A stretch of 64,000 nt of DNA. Origin: Mytilus trossulus (taxonomy: Eukaryota). Both the position numbers and the translations under genes were made by a program. Positions 45,640 through 57,900 of the stretch are shown in pieces (within the stretch, counting starts at the first letter, position 1; the number at the start of each line of letters is the position of its first letter). The stretch lies in the NCBI RefSeq assembly GCF_036588685.1, contig NC_086374.1:48112001-48176000 (forward strand), given 5' to 3'. The notes under the pieces were generated by a model. The model worked only from the letters and a program-made list of their open reading frames with translations. It was not told where the DNA came from and did no database searches.

Positions 45640-45960
45640 TGCGACAAGTGACGAGAATCTATTTCCGTCCTCGTGCACACGTGCTAAGGTCAATCCCGTC
45701 ATGCATTTATCAACATGGAGATGAACGAGGTGGTCGCGATCGTTACTGCATACCTATGCTTATGAAAACTACAACACACATGACCGGGATATTGAAAAGG
45801 GATTGTAAAAATGCCCAAGATATCAAGAAGAAAGCAGTCAAAACCTCAGCACATATGTGGTAAGTAGTAAAACGTGGGATTTTTGTCTATATTTGTATAT
45901 TTTGCTGGGCGTGAACAGCCTGCATGCACATACATCACGCGTGCGCACGTGACGTTTCAT
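45640..45960 (+). promoter_or_regulatory. Probable promoter / first-exon region of the zinc-finger gene
   Basis: Local CpG enrichment in an AT-rich background, CACGTG E-boxes (~45678, ~45946), and a first coding exon with a GTAAGT donor. Confidence 0.5.
45811..45859 (+). CDS. ZNF exon 1 (MPKISRRKQSKPQHIC)
   Basis: AAAA-ATG context, in-frame upstream stop at 45793, and a phase-1 donor G|GTAAGT matching the phase-1 acceptor at 53645. Confidence 0.8.
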
Positions 45961-48900
45961 CGACTTAAAGCCTTTACAATGCATAATGTTTTATTGATTT
46001 TTAGCAGCCTCGAGTATTGATTAACTGCTACAGCAGTCGCTAGCTAGAAACATCAAGTTTATCATTTATTATTATGAAGAAATTCGTGTTGCGTTTGTAA
46101 GGATCGTCCGCTATATTTACAAATCGGTAAATAGGTCAAATATGTCAGCTGACCAGGTTTACCTGTAGAATTGTTGACATACACACTCACCTGTATAATT
46201 TGAAACGTGCATGCACAAGCATAAGTTCTTGATATAAACTGGCAATTGTTCAAATTTATTGCATGAAGATTCACAATTTTATATGAATTATTTCAAAGAA
46301 CAAACTGTCTACTTTCACTTTCTATAAATATAAATATTTGTTTAAAAATAGTAATATATGAAGCATTTTAAAGTTCAAATTATAACTTCTCTGATCATGA
46401 GAATATTTTTGATATTGATAAAAAAAAATCACCTCTAATTATGCAAACTATAAAATATCTACCATACATATATATAGCTATATAATTTATAATGATTGGA
46501 ATTACATTTTAATTTTGAAAGAACTAGAAAATGATGAATGTATTTTGGGCATATTAACAACAATACATGCACTTCAGTTAAGTATGACTGTTCATGACTG
46601 AAAATTTATTATATTTTTCACAAATATTAGCCTTTGCAAACTTGTATTTATATACTGTAGGAAATATCCATTTGAGAGTAATTTTGCTATAACAGAGCGT
46701 CCACCCTCCCCAAGATCAGCAGATATCTTAAAGATTATCCTTTTGAGAGCTGGTGTACTTCATTTAATTTATCCGTATGTGGCTTAGCCATTTAAAATGG
46801 TTTCTTCATCTAATTCCAAAGGCGGATTTACGGAAAAATTTGGTTGATCATATAGAGAATCATTGAGGCATGACCAAGGTGGCCCCCACTTATGAAAATT
46901 TCTAGATCCCCCACTGCATCCTTTATGTTCTTATACTTACATTGGCTTCTTTTTTGTTGATTTTTTATGCCCTACCTACGATAGTAGATAATAGATCTAA
47001 AGGGGCTATATGTTTTCTGGTCTGGTTTGTCTGTTCGTCCGTCCCACTTCAGGTTAAAATGTTTGGTCGAGATAGTTTTTGATGAAGGTGATGTCCAATC
47101 AGCCTGAAACTTAGTACACATGTTCCCTTGTTATTTTAATGCCAAATTAGATTTTTTTCCCCCAATTTCACTGTCCACTGAAACATAGAAAAATGATAGT
47201 GCGAGTGGGGCATCCTTGACTTTGGACACATTCTTGTTTATTGCTGATTTTATTTGTCCTAAATATATTTTAAATTTTGCAGTGTTTTCTATCGTCAGTA
47301 TGTCAGGGTTGTCTAATTTACCAGCATTCTGATCCATACAGCATTCTGATCCATACAGGACTGATTTTATATAGCTGGTTTATAGTAAAAGCTTGGTGCT
47401 AATGTTGATATTATTTGTTCCCCTTTTCAAATTGCCAAGTGAGCATTTTCCCCATCACTTGTATTTTATCATAATCCTCTTCTATTAATTAATATTTACA
47501 AAAACACTTCTCTCAAACTATTCGGCCAAATTTAGACAAACTTGGCCACAATCATTATTGGGGTATGAAGTATATAGAAAAAAAGTGTCTGATGAATGCT
47601 CCAGACTATCAACATACATTTTTTGTAGGTGTCCATTTAAACACAGAGAACTTTTTTTTAAAGAAAAGGAAAGACAAGATCTACAATTAAGGATGTTTGC
47701 TCCTCTGCTTTTTGATTTTTTTGCCAGATTTTCCGAGTCTTCTGGTATTATCCATGCATGTATTAACATTAAAAAAAAATGCCTACTAACCCCTACTTTT
47801 CTTTTCATATTTTATTACATATTATTTAAAAGCCATATTTCAAAATCTTATGAAATCCTGTGTGTAGTGTGGCTGTAGTCTGAACTTGCTTTTGAAAGTG
47901 GTTTGGATTCTTTTCTTAGCTAATTGTTAGTACTAAATACCCTGGCAAGGTAATTAAGGATCTTGTATTAAAGAAGACTTTTGTAGTTTGCTGTACAGTT
48001 GATGTTTTGCTTATTGTTGAAGCCTGTAAAATGCCCTACAGTTGTTGACATTGTTGACCTTGTGTCTGACTGTCTATGGTAGATATTTCCTCATTGTCCC
48101 TCGTACCACATCTTCTCATCTTTCTATATTTTTAAGCATAGATTTTGAAACTACCTGTATATAAATGTAGCTATAACATGTTATTTTGTGGAATCAGCTA
48201 CAAACATATAATGATTCGAATTTGGATTTATGTTGGTTATAAATTTGTACGGAATTGATATAGGAATTTAGTTACACATATTTTCTTAAAAGGTGTACAT
48301 GTTGTATGTCTAAATAAAAAAAAAATAACAATTTACTGATTTTGTTTTACTTCATAAATGGAACGAATTTTAGAAAAAATAAATAATGTATAATCAAAAC
48401 ATTGCTACTACATGCCAAATGTGGAGAAGATTTCTAATTCTCAATAGCCATGTTTTTCACTTACATGTATCATCTCCTGCAGATGGACAGAAGTCTCACG
48501 ATCAAACAGAAAAATTCCTTATTTAAGGTCTTTAATCAACAAAAAGGGCAGAAATGTAGTAAGACCTTTTAAAACCAACTACAAAGTATCAATTAAACTG
48601 TACTCATACAGATACTACATTCACATATATATCCAATATACATGTATAATCTCATTATTTCCCTTTTCAAGGGAAAAAAGGGGGTAGCCATTCCCTTGTA
48701 AATTTTAGTTGTTTTAAGTATACCCCTTTTGCATATTTTGTAATACATTTCTAAAATCTTTTTTTCATTACTTATAAGCCAAGTGCTTGTTTTTATTTCC
48801 ATAATCTATATGTTAATATTATTTTTAAAATTTTTGGATTGTAATTTTTTGTGGGGGAAATCATTCACCACATATCATGCCTTTGAGTTCACACACATTG

Positions 48901-51900
48901 ATGGCTATCATTTTATTTTGGTTTCACCTGTAGGTTAGATATCAGTAGTGATCTTTACAGGTATGCATATTATGTGAATTGACATGGTTAAATTTCCCAT
49001 GAAGTAGTGTGTCATACTAATAGATTAAAGATTGTTTCTTCCTAACTTTTCAATCAGAATAAGTTTTGAAAGCATGCAGATCATCAGTTTTGATGTCACA
49101 ATTTGGCAGCATGAAATAGTTACCACTCTGTCCTGGGATAAAAACATTTCTGTGACTTTTGTGTAAAATTGATTTGTATAAAATTTATATTTTTTAATTT
49201 ATTTATTTATTTTAAAAAAGTTGTCTCATGTTAATATAAGCGATCAGGATTTACTTTCCCTTCCGGAGTACCATACATCATAGTTTTTGGTTGTTTTTGT
49301 GTTGCTCATTATTCTCTTTTCTATATAGATTTTTGTAGACTTTTTGTGGGTTTTTTACATGCCACGGTGTTGTCAATTTTTCTTTTCTTAATTATTGAAT
49401 TCCTCCATTTGGTATCTTTTACCTCCCTATTGTTTAGATTCATAGTACTACAGTCTGACTATATTATAATTTGGATTCTTAATTAAGAAACCAAGTTGCT
49501 TTATCAAAAATAACTAATATCATCTACATGTACATGTATCAATAAAATGTTGACCAAATGGGATTTACAAACCAATTGTTTATGTCTGAATATAAGATGT
49601 GGATAAATGCTTAGAGAAACAGTAAAAACAACTTTACATTGCAGGTTTAATACATAAAGAAACTGAAATGTGTGTTGGAATAGATTTGCAACATGTGTGT
49701 TTGTGATGTTTTTTTTCCAAAACAGAATACTGAGAATAGAGCTTTTTAAGTTGTAGTAGAGTACATACAAAATATAAAACTTAAAAAGCGCATATATTGA
49801 TTAGAATTTTCAACACAAATATAGACTATGTAGTGAACAGTGATTATAATGAATTAAACTCTAATTATAAAAAGAACCATAGTAGTGAACAACAATTTAA
49901 AAAGAAGTAGTGTCAATTTAAAAGAGAAGTGTGAAGGGGTAGTATAGAATGGCCACCATGAATTAGCATATAATTCAACACTAACTTATGTACTTATCTC
50001 TGAATAAAATAATGTTGAAAAAAAAGACATACATGATCATAAGAATTTTCTAGTAATTTTTTTTAATACACCGTTACACGTCTCCAATCAAAATTTGTAT
50101 ATTCTTTCTGTGTGTGTGAAGGAGTTCAAATAAAGTTCTAACTTCCAAAAATATTAATTGTCAAACCAAACTTGGGGTTTTTTTTGGCAAAAGAAGTAAT
50201 AAAACTGTGAAGAATGAAATATTGGTATTGTATTTTAGTTGTTGAAAGAAGAAGTTCAAGAACTCTAAAAATGTATAATTGGGTTGAATCATTTCTAGCT
50301 GAAGGCATGAATTCACAATGAATTGAAAATTTTAATTTCCTGTTAAATGCAAAGTTTAAAGGCCTGAAAATATTCATATAATTTTCACGTGTCATGTTAA
50401 AAGCTGGGATACAAAATCAGATCATTTTATTGTTCATTGCCCACGAACATTGAAATAGTTTTAACATGTTTGTTCTCCATTCAATGACAAGAATGCATAG
50501 CGTGTACCAGCGCCCATGCATGACAAGAATTAGGTCAACATTTAAACAGGTAAAAACTTTACCTGTTTCACCCCTAATTCATACATGTAATGTACATTCT
50601 TATAGCTTGTGGGGAAATAGATAAAAATGTCCACTAAATTTAAGCCATTTAAAATGACCATTACATAATGAGACTAAATGTCTGTTCTAAGCTGTGATGT
50701 TGTGTAACTTATTTGATCAATAAGGGAGATATTGGAAATCATTAAATGTTAACAAACCAGTTTTCCTTGTAGCGTGCAACGTTATATAGATCTTGGTTTT
50801 CAATGATTGTGCAAGGTTATACCAAATAGAGGATAGGTTCATGTCATGCAGAAAAAAATGGTGTTAAGTTTACTACAGATCATTTTGGCATATGGAGTAC
50901 TTGATTAAAATCAATACTAATAAAGAATTTGATATGTAGTCAGAAAATGTATGGTTTATAAACAATGCATGTCCTTATAATTACCTAAAATGGAATATAC
51001 TACACTACAATTTTGTGTATAATTTGATTTTTATCCCATTTTTTGATCAAATCATATCTTTGACAGTTTTAATAGAAGAATTTCATATCAGATTCACTAA
51101 ATAGTTAATTTAATGGACACTAGACACTGTATAGACATTGACTAACAGAAAATTAGATTATAAGTTATTCAGGTTTTTTTTTTTAACTTCAGTTATGCTA
51201 ATCAAATGATTAAATAAAAATGATAATAATCGGAAGATTATGCAAAAGATTTAAAATTAGTCAGTTTAACAACTTCTTGAAAGAAATTTTTTAACAAAAA
51301 TGAGAAAAAAGAAAATGAATGAGGAAACTACCATCCCCCCTTTTTTCACTAAAAAACCCAACATGAATAAATAATAAAAAAATTTAGTAAGTTTGTAATT
51401 ATTGATGTTTTAATTTGTGTTCACTATCACCCTTTTACAATTAGAGAAATATTCTATAGTTGTTACAATTGTACATGTGTTAAGTGGCCTACATATACAT
51501 TATTTACTAAAAGTTCAACCACTAACTTAAAGATAACTATTAATAGGTCATGACAATTTGGTTCTATGTTTGGCATGACAATCTGAGTTAGAACTACAAT
51601 TTTCATTGTAAATTTTGTTATCAAGGCAAAAAGATTGTATTTAAAAATAAATAAGAAAAGATGGTTATATAATATATATGGATTTCTGTTTAAAAGATGA
51701 TTTAATTTTTCCAGTCAGAAATTAATGTAGGAATCACTTTATCTCTTTGATTTCAATCCTTTTCCACCATGACCCCCTTTAGACACTTGAACTCCTACCA
51801 TGTGTTTGTACACATTGTTTTGTTTAAATTTGTGCAAAATCGTTACTCTTTTTGGTAGTATTTAAATTTTACTCAAAAGAACAAATATTTCAAAATGAAA

Positions 51901-54900
51901 GATGAAAATCAGTAAAGAAATGAGGTCAAAGTATTTTAACTTACAAAACATTTCAAACAGTCTTAAGATTTGCACAAGCATATGCAACTTATTGTAGGTT
52001 AGTTAAGAGTAACAGTTCATATTAAATACATGTTAACCTCTAACCATAAAATCTCTATTATGGCGTAACTTTAAGGCAGATCATACTAAACAAAATCTTG
52101 AAATTTGGACACAGTCAATTTTCATATCTCTAAATATATGCAAAGAAAAATATATCTTCATATCTTACTTTTTTGAAATATTTTTAAATTGGTATGGTTA
52201 AAATCAAAACACAATTTTAAGTTTAAATTTTTTTTCAAAAGAAGAGACTAGATCAGCAAGATTTGATCTACAAGTAGAGAGGCTGAAATCATCAGTCAAC
52301 TCCTGATATAAGTTATTGCCTTGATTGATGATTTTATACAATTATTTGTATTTTTGCCTTTAATCTTTTATCTTGAAAACTGAAATAAAGAATAAATTAT
52401 ACAAGATAACCTTACAGTAATATATCAAAAGAAATGGGGATAATTGTGCTATTGCAGAAGGGGTAGTTGAGTGATAAGGGGGTTTGAATGAGAAAGACTT
52501 AAATTAAATTAGAAGATGTGGTATGAGTGCCAAAATGATACCTCTCCATCCAATTCACAATGTATAAACAATGACAAGATGATCAAAGAACAGCCTCTAA
52601 CACAGAACCTTGGTAATGGTCAGCAAGCTTTAAAGGGCTCCAAAATGACTTGTGTAAAACAATTAAAACAGGAAAACAAATGTTGTAATCTATATAAAAA
52701 ATGAGAATCCTATGAACCAAATCAACAAATGACAATCACTTAACAACAGACTTCTGACATAGGACAGGTGCATAAAAATGCAGTACACTTGGTCATTTTT
52801 GTCTCACTTGACGGAGTCAAAAAAGCGAGACATAGGTATGCTGTTTCCAGCAGCAGCGTCAACAATGAATTAGTTTGTGATTAGGTCTATTTTATGGTGA
52901 GCCACTAGTGGTAGGTCAATGATATTTGGTATGCAGTTGTATAAGCATTGGCATATCTTATTTTCATGGAGATTATTTGGCCCTGCCCCCTCTGTCATGG
53001 TCTATTGACTTTGAAATTTTGCTTAGTTTACATGTACATGTATTAGTTTGTGATTAGGTTTGTTTAAAGAAAACTATTTATGATAAGTCAATGGTATGAG
53101 TATGCAGTTGTATTAGCATTAGCACATCTTGTTTTCATTGAGAATTTTTAGCCATGTACCTTCAGTCATGGTTCATCGACTTCTTTAATTTTAACATTTG
53201 CATTATCGAAATTAAAAAAAAGCGAGACATATCTCTGTGATAACAGTTTATGATATATATATCTGCTGTAATTGTACATAAATTTTTACATATGAAAACC
53301 TGGTAAAATCGTTCATTGACTTCTTTAATTTCAACATATGCATTACCGAAATTAAAAAAAGCGAGACATATGTCTGTGATAACAGTTTATGATATATATC
53401 TGCTATAATTGTACATAAATTTTTACATATGAAAACCTGGTAAAATAAACCCTCTATTTGCATGTAGGCAATATAGGAAAGGTGTACTGACAAAAGAGGT
53501 TTCTTAACACAATGACTCCAAATGGAGCTTTCCTTAGTAGAAGCCATATCAATTTATGTGTATCAGCGGGGGAAAATGTTACGATTCCCTCCCTCTATTT
53601 ACATGTACTTACAGTAGATTCATACATGTGTTTGTTTGTTGCAGGTGAAGACGAACCAACAAATGGAGAAAGCAACAATGGACCAGTTGGAAAGGATGCT
53701 GTAGAAGACAACAATGCAAATATTGTAGTAACAGAGGAGGAGGAGAAGGATGAAACATCCAAAGAAGAGAGTGGGGAGGAAAATAATGCTGAAAACTCAG
53801 ATGATATCATCCCCTTACAACTAGAAGCTGAAGATGTTGATGATTACTCAAACTTGAAATGTGATGAAACTGATGATAGAAATACTTATGACACCGATTC
53901 TAACCACTCCTATGATCAAGGTGGTGGAGACTCTGAAGTTGGACAGTCAGAGGAACATAATTTCCATACTCCATCATCATCTGACCGCATGTGTGATTTC
54001 TGTGGAGCTGTAAAGAAAAGTCCATCTGACCTTGCTCGCCATCTCCTAAAACATACTGGCGAACATCCTTTTAAATGTGATGTAAGTACTAGGGTAGCCT
54101 TTAGTTATAGTTTTGCAGCTAAAGGGGAATAATTATATTTTAGATTTTTATGACCAGTGACAAATGAATTTTGATTGTTACACACTTTTTCAGCACAAGA
54201 TGGTTTATCAATGTTTCTAAGTAGGGACATTTATACAATTGTGGCAAGGACTAACTATGAAATGGAAAATTAAGAAAATTAAATGAAAGGTTCAAACATC
54301 AATTAAACAGGAACAAAGTACCCAAAGTCGAACATGAAATTCTGCTTGACTTAGTCTAACTCATTGCATTTAAAGCATTTACACATACAAAAAATCCATG
54401 GCATTGACATTCTGAAAAATAGGAAGCAGTAGTTTAAAATAACAATGAAAGGTGCATTGGTGTGTCTAAGATATCTTTGGATAGGAATCATAATTTGTCA
54501 ATTCATTTGTTTCCCTGTAGGCTGTATGCATGATTATCGAGCTATTTGATGACTTTTCAATGTAATATATTTATTTTTAACATTTTTTAATGTATTTATT
54601 TTCAGCTTTGTGATAAAGCTTTTAAATCTAAACGATCCTTACAGCATCACCAACATACAATGCATGGGATCAGCCTAGCTGTTTCCATGGTAGCAATTGA
54701 TGCCAGTATCACCGCCAACAGAAAACGTAAATCTGATGAATCAGTGGGATGCCATTCTTCCCCAGAGAGTGAAACTAAAAAGATCAAATCAGAAGTTCAG
54801 GATTTATACAGTTATCCATCTATGGTCTATTGTGGAGAACCTCAGGGATCTGTTTACATTTCGGACGCATCATGTAGCAGTACTGGTAGCTTTAAGATCA

Positions 54901-57900
54901 GCCCAACATCAACAAAACTGTGCTCAGAAGATGGCAACAACAGAACTTGCCAAGTATGTGGAAAGACGTGCAGTAAACCAAGTGATCTTAAAAGACATAT
55001 GATGAGTCATACAGGAGAAAGACCATTCAGATGTAATGTAAGTTTAAAGATTTAATGGTATGCATATTCAAACTGTCAGTTGAGACAGTCATAAGATAAA
55101 TTATATAGCTGCACTTTTTGTACATTAATATATAAATGAAATGAAATGAGTAAGCTGTTCAGTTAAGAATAATGTAGATTTCTGCTAAATTTTGCTACCT
55201 TGCATTCTTCTATAAGCAAGTCAGATCACTAGATCTACATGTGAATGTAACATTTTTATACTGGGGATTCATTATTATTTGTTGGATACTAATTTTCGTG
55301 GATTTCATTGGCGCTGATGAACCACAAAAAATTAGTATTCAACGAATTACAATTTTTCTAAAAGGTAAATGCATATGCAGATCATGGCAAAATCACAAAA
55401 TTAAATATTCACAAACATGCAAGTTTTTCTCAATCCATGAAAGTGAATCCACATGTAACAGGACCTGTCCAAAAAATGTCAGTTAGACAGAAAGCTTTTA
55501 ATTTGAATTGAATTCAGGTCAAATAGCTTTTGGAAAACGTTTGACAAGATATTTAATGTGATCCTCAACTAATTTTGTATAATTAAGACATTATATGTAT
55601 GGTATGATTACCAGTGAGTTGACTTTTTTGTTTGGTATCGTTGGCTTTATATACCAACAAGAGACTCAATATATACATGTACTAAATCTATTCAACATTG
55701 ATTAAATTGGAATCCCAACAAAATAAAAAAAATAAAACTGATAATGAGCATTTTGAGTAAGTGGTAGCATTCAGTATATGGTTATTAATAAATAAATGTT
55801 CTTATATTTAAGTTAACTAAGATAATTCACTATTCTGAAGATACGTATTCTCTTATCGCTATATGAACTTCAACAGAAAGCAACTCAGGTATCAATGTTC
55901 GTATATCATATTTTTCAGATTTGTGGCAAAGCTTTTCGAGCCAAAAATAGTATGTTTTACCACCAAAAATCATCACATGGCCTCAATATTGAACTAAGTC
56001 CCGGACTGCAGGAGCGTTTCATGAAATTAAAAAAGCAAAGTCGTGTGAATACTTTGATGAGCCAGCCAAATGGATGTTCCATATCATATACAAATGAAGA
56101 ATCTAAAGATGTCCATATCCACAATGATCCACAGATGGCAAGTTCTCTACTGTTACAAAAACTAGGACAAAAAGTCAGATGTGCTAACAATCAAGTGCTG
56201 TATAGTTATGATATCAATACACATGAGGAAGGGGAGGTGGAATTGGATGAAAACACCGGACTCTTCAAACAGTCGGGAAGCATCTTTAACAAACCACTAG
56301 TAACAGCAGGAGATATAAAACCAGAACCTTTAAAAATTACCAATAGTATGGTGGGCATGCAAATTGTACAGGAATCACACAAAGTCAAGCGCCACATCTG
56401 TGTTAAAAATGAAACTGTTTTGGTGACCAGGTTAGATGGGGTGGATGTACTTACTGCAAAAGATGTCTCTTTGTATAAATGTTACCTGTGTGGCAAGCTT
56501 TTTGATGATCTGCTGAAAATTCAGTGCCATCTATCGATGCATTTTCAAAGGGATCTAACTCTGTATCGTTGTCAGCTATGTGATGACACATTTTGGTTCA
56601 AGTATCGGGTCATAAATCATATCCGTAAGAATCACCCTAAAGAATCAAACCTGGCATTAAAAAAAGCTGAAAAAGATTTAAAGGAATCATTAGATGATAA
56701 ACCATCAGTAGATGTCAATGAAATTGAAGTTACAGTTAAAGAGGAAAATGACAAGAAAAAGAAAGAGAATTCATTGATGGAAGGTGATGAAAAAGTGAAA
56801 GTCGATGAAATGGAAACTGAAAAAGATTCAAAGCAGACTGAAGAGATTGGGAAAAACCAAGAGCCCATCAAAGACCCTGAAAAAGGGAAAAGAGAAGAGC
56901 AGCAAAATGACCAAATGGAAGAAACTACCTCAATCAAAATTGAAGAAAATCCAGTTAAAGAAAAAGAAGGGGATGAAGACGTTACATCTACCTCAGACAA
57001 AGATATTACCAAAGATGTCCCTGTTCCTGACCTCTATGACTTGTCCAATAAAGCTATGAAGTCTGATCCACTAGGAAAGTTATACAAAGGAATAAGATTT
57101 AAAAAGAAACCTAATGGATCTTTCATATGTTTACTTTGTAGGAAATCATTTTACAGGGAGTCGGCTTTACTGCAGCATATCAAAATTCACAATCAACAAC
57201 ACATCTGCTACTGTGAGCAATGTGGTGATGGCTTTATGGAGTATGGAAAATTAAGGTTGCACATCATGGGAGATCATAAGAAAAATGATGATGATGATGA
57301 TACAGCACTGCCATCAGCTACAGCAAAGAATACTTTACTCTCTTCTTTGTTATCAAAAACCTCACAATGGCACAAACCTCCAACTCCTAGTATTCCAGTA
57401 CCAAATGATATGATTTTTGAGAAAGCCAGAGAAATTCTGCAAAAAGAAGGAATACAGGAAGATGTAACAGTTGTGTTACCAAGTGAACCAGATGAACAGA
57501 ATTCTACAGAGACAAGGAAGGCTAACTTAGACAATATTCTATCAAACCAAGAATCTGAGATATTTGTACAGAAGAACTCTGATGAATCTGAAATCCAGAT
57601 ATCCCCAAAACGTCTTTTGATGTCCAAACTACTCTCAAAATCAAAAAGAAAATCATCACAACCTATAAAATTAGAAAATACTGACCCTATGGATTGTGAA
57701 AATGTTGTGGTTACCAGATCTGACTCAGAGAGAGAGATATTTACCATAAAACAAGAACCTGTTGTAGATGAAAAAGAGTTGCTTCCCCCTCCAGTCTCAA
57801 TTCCAGTTCCAATATCTACTTCTTCCTTTCCTGTCATCAACAGTGAACTGATGGCAGCCAAACTCAATAATCTAGCAATGTTGCATCCTGGGATACATCC

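Noticed and set aside
45639-45863. 74-aa ORF from the track as exon 1
   Set aside because: It ends in phase 2, incompatible with the phase-1 acceptor at 53645. The alternative frame fits and carries a recognisable motif.
48482-48560. Possible extra exon after CTCCTGCAG in intron 1
   Set aside because: No convincing phase-compatible donor and no supporting motif.
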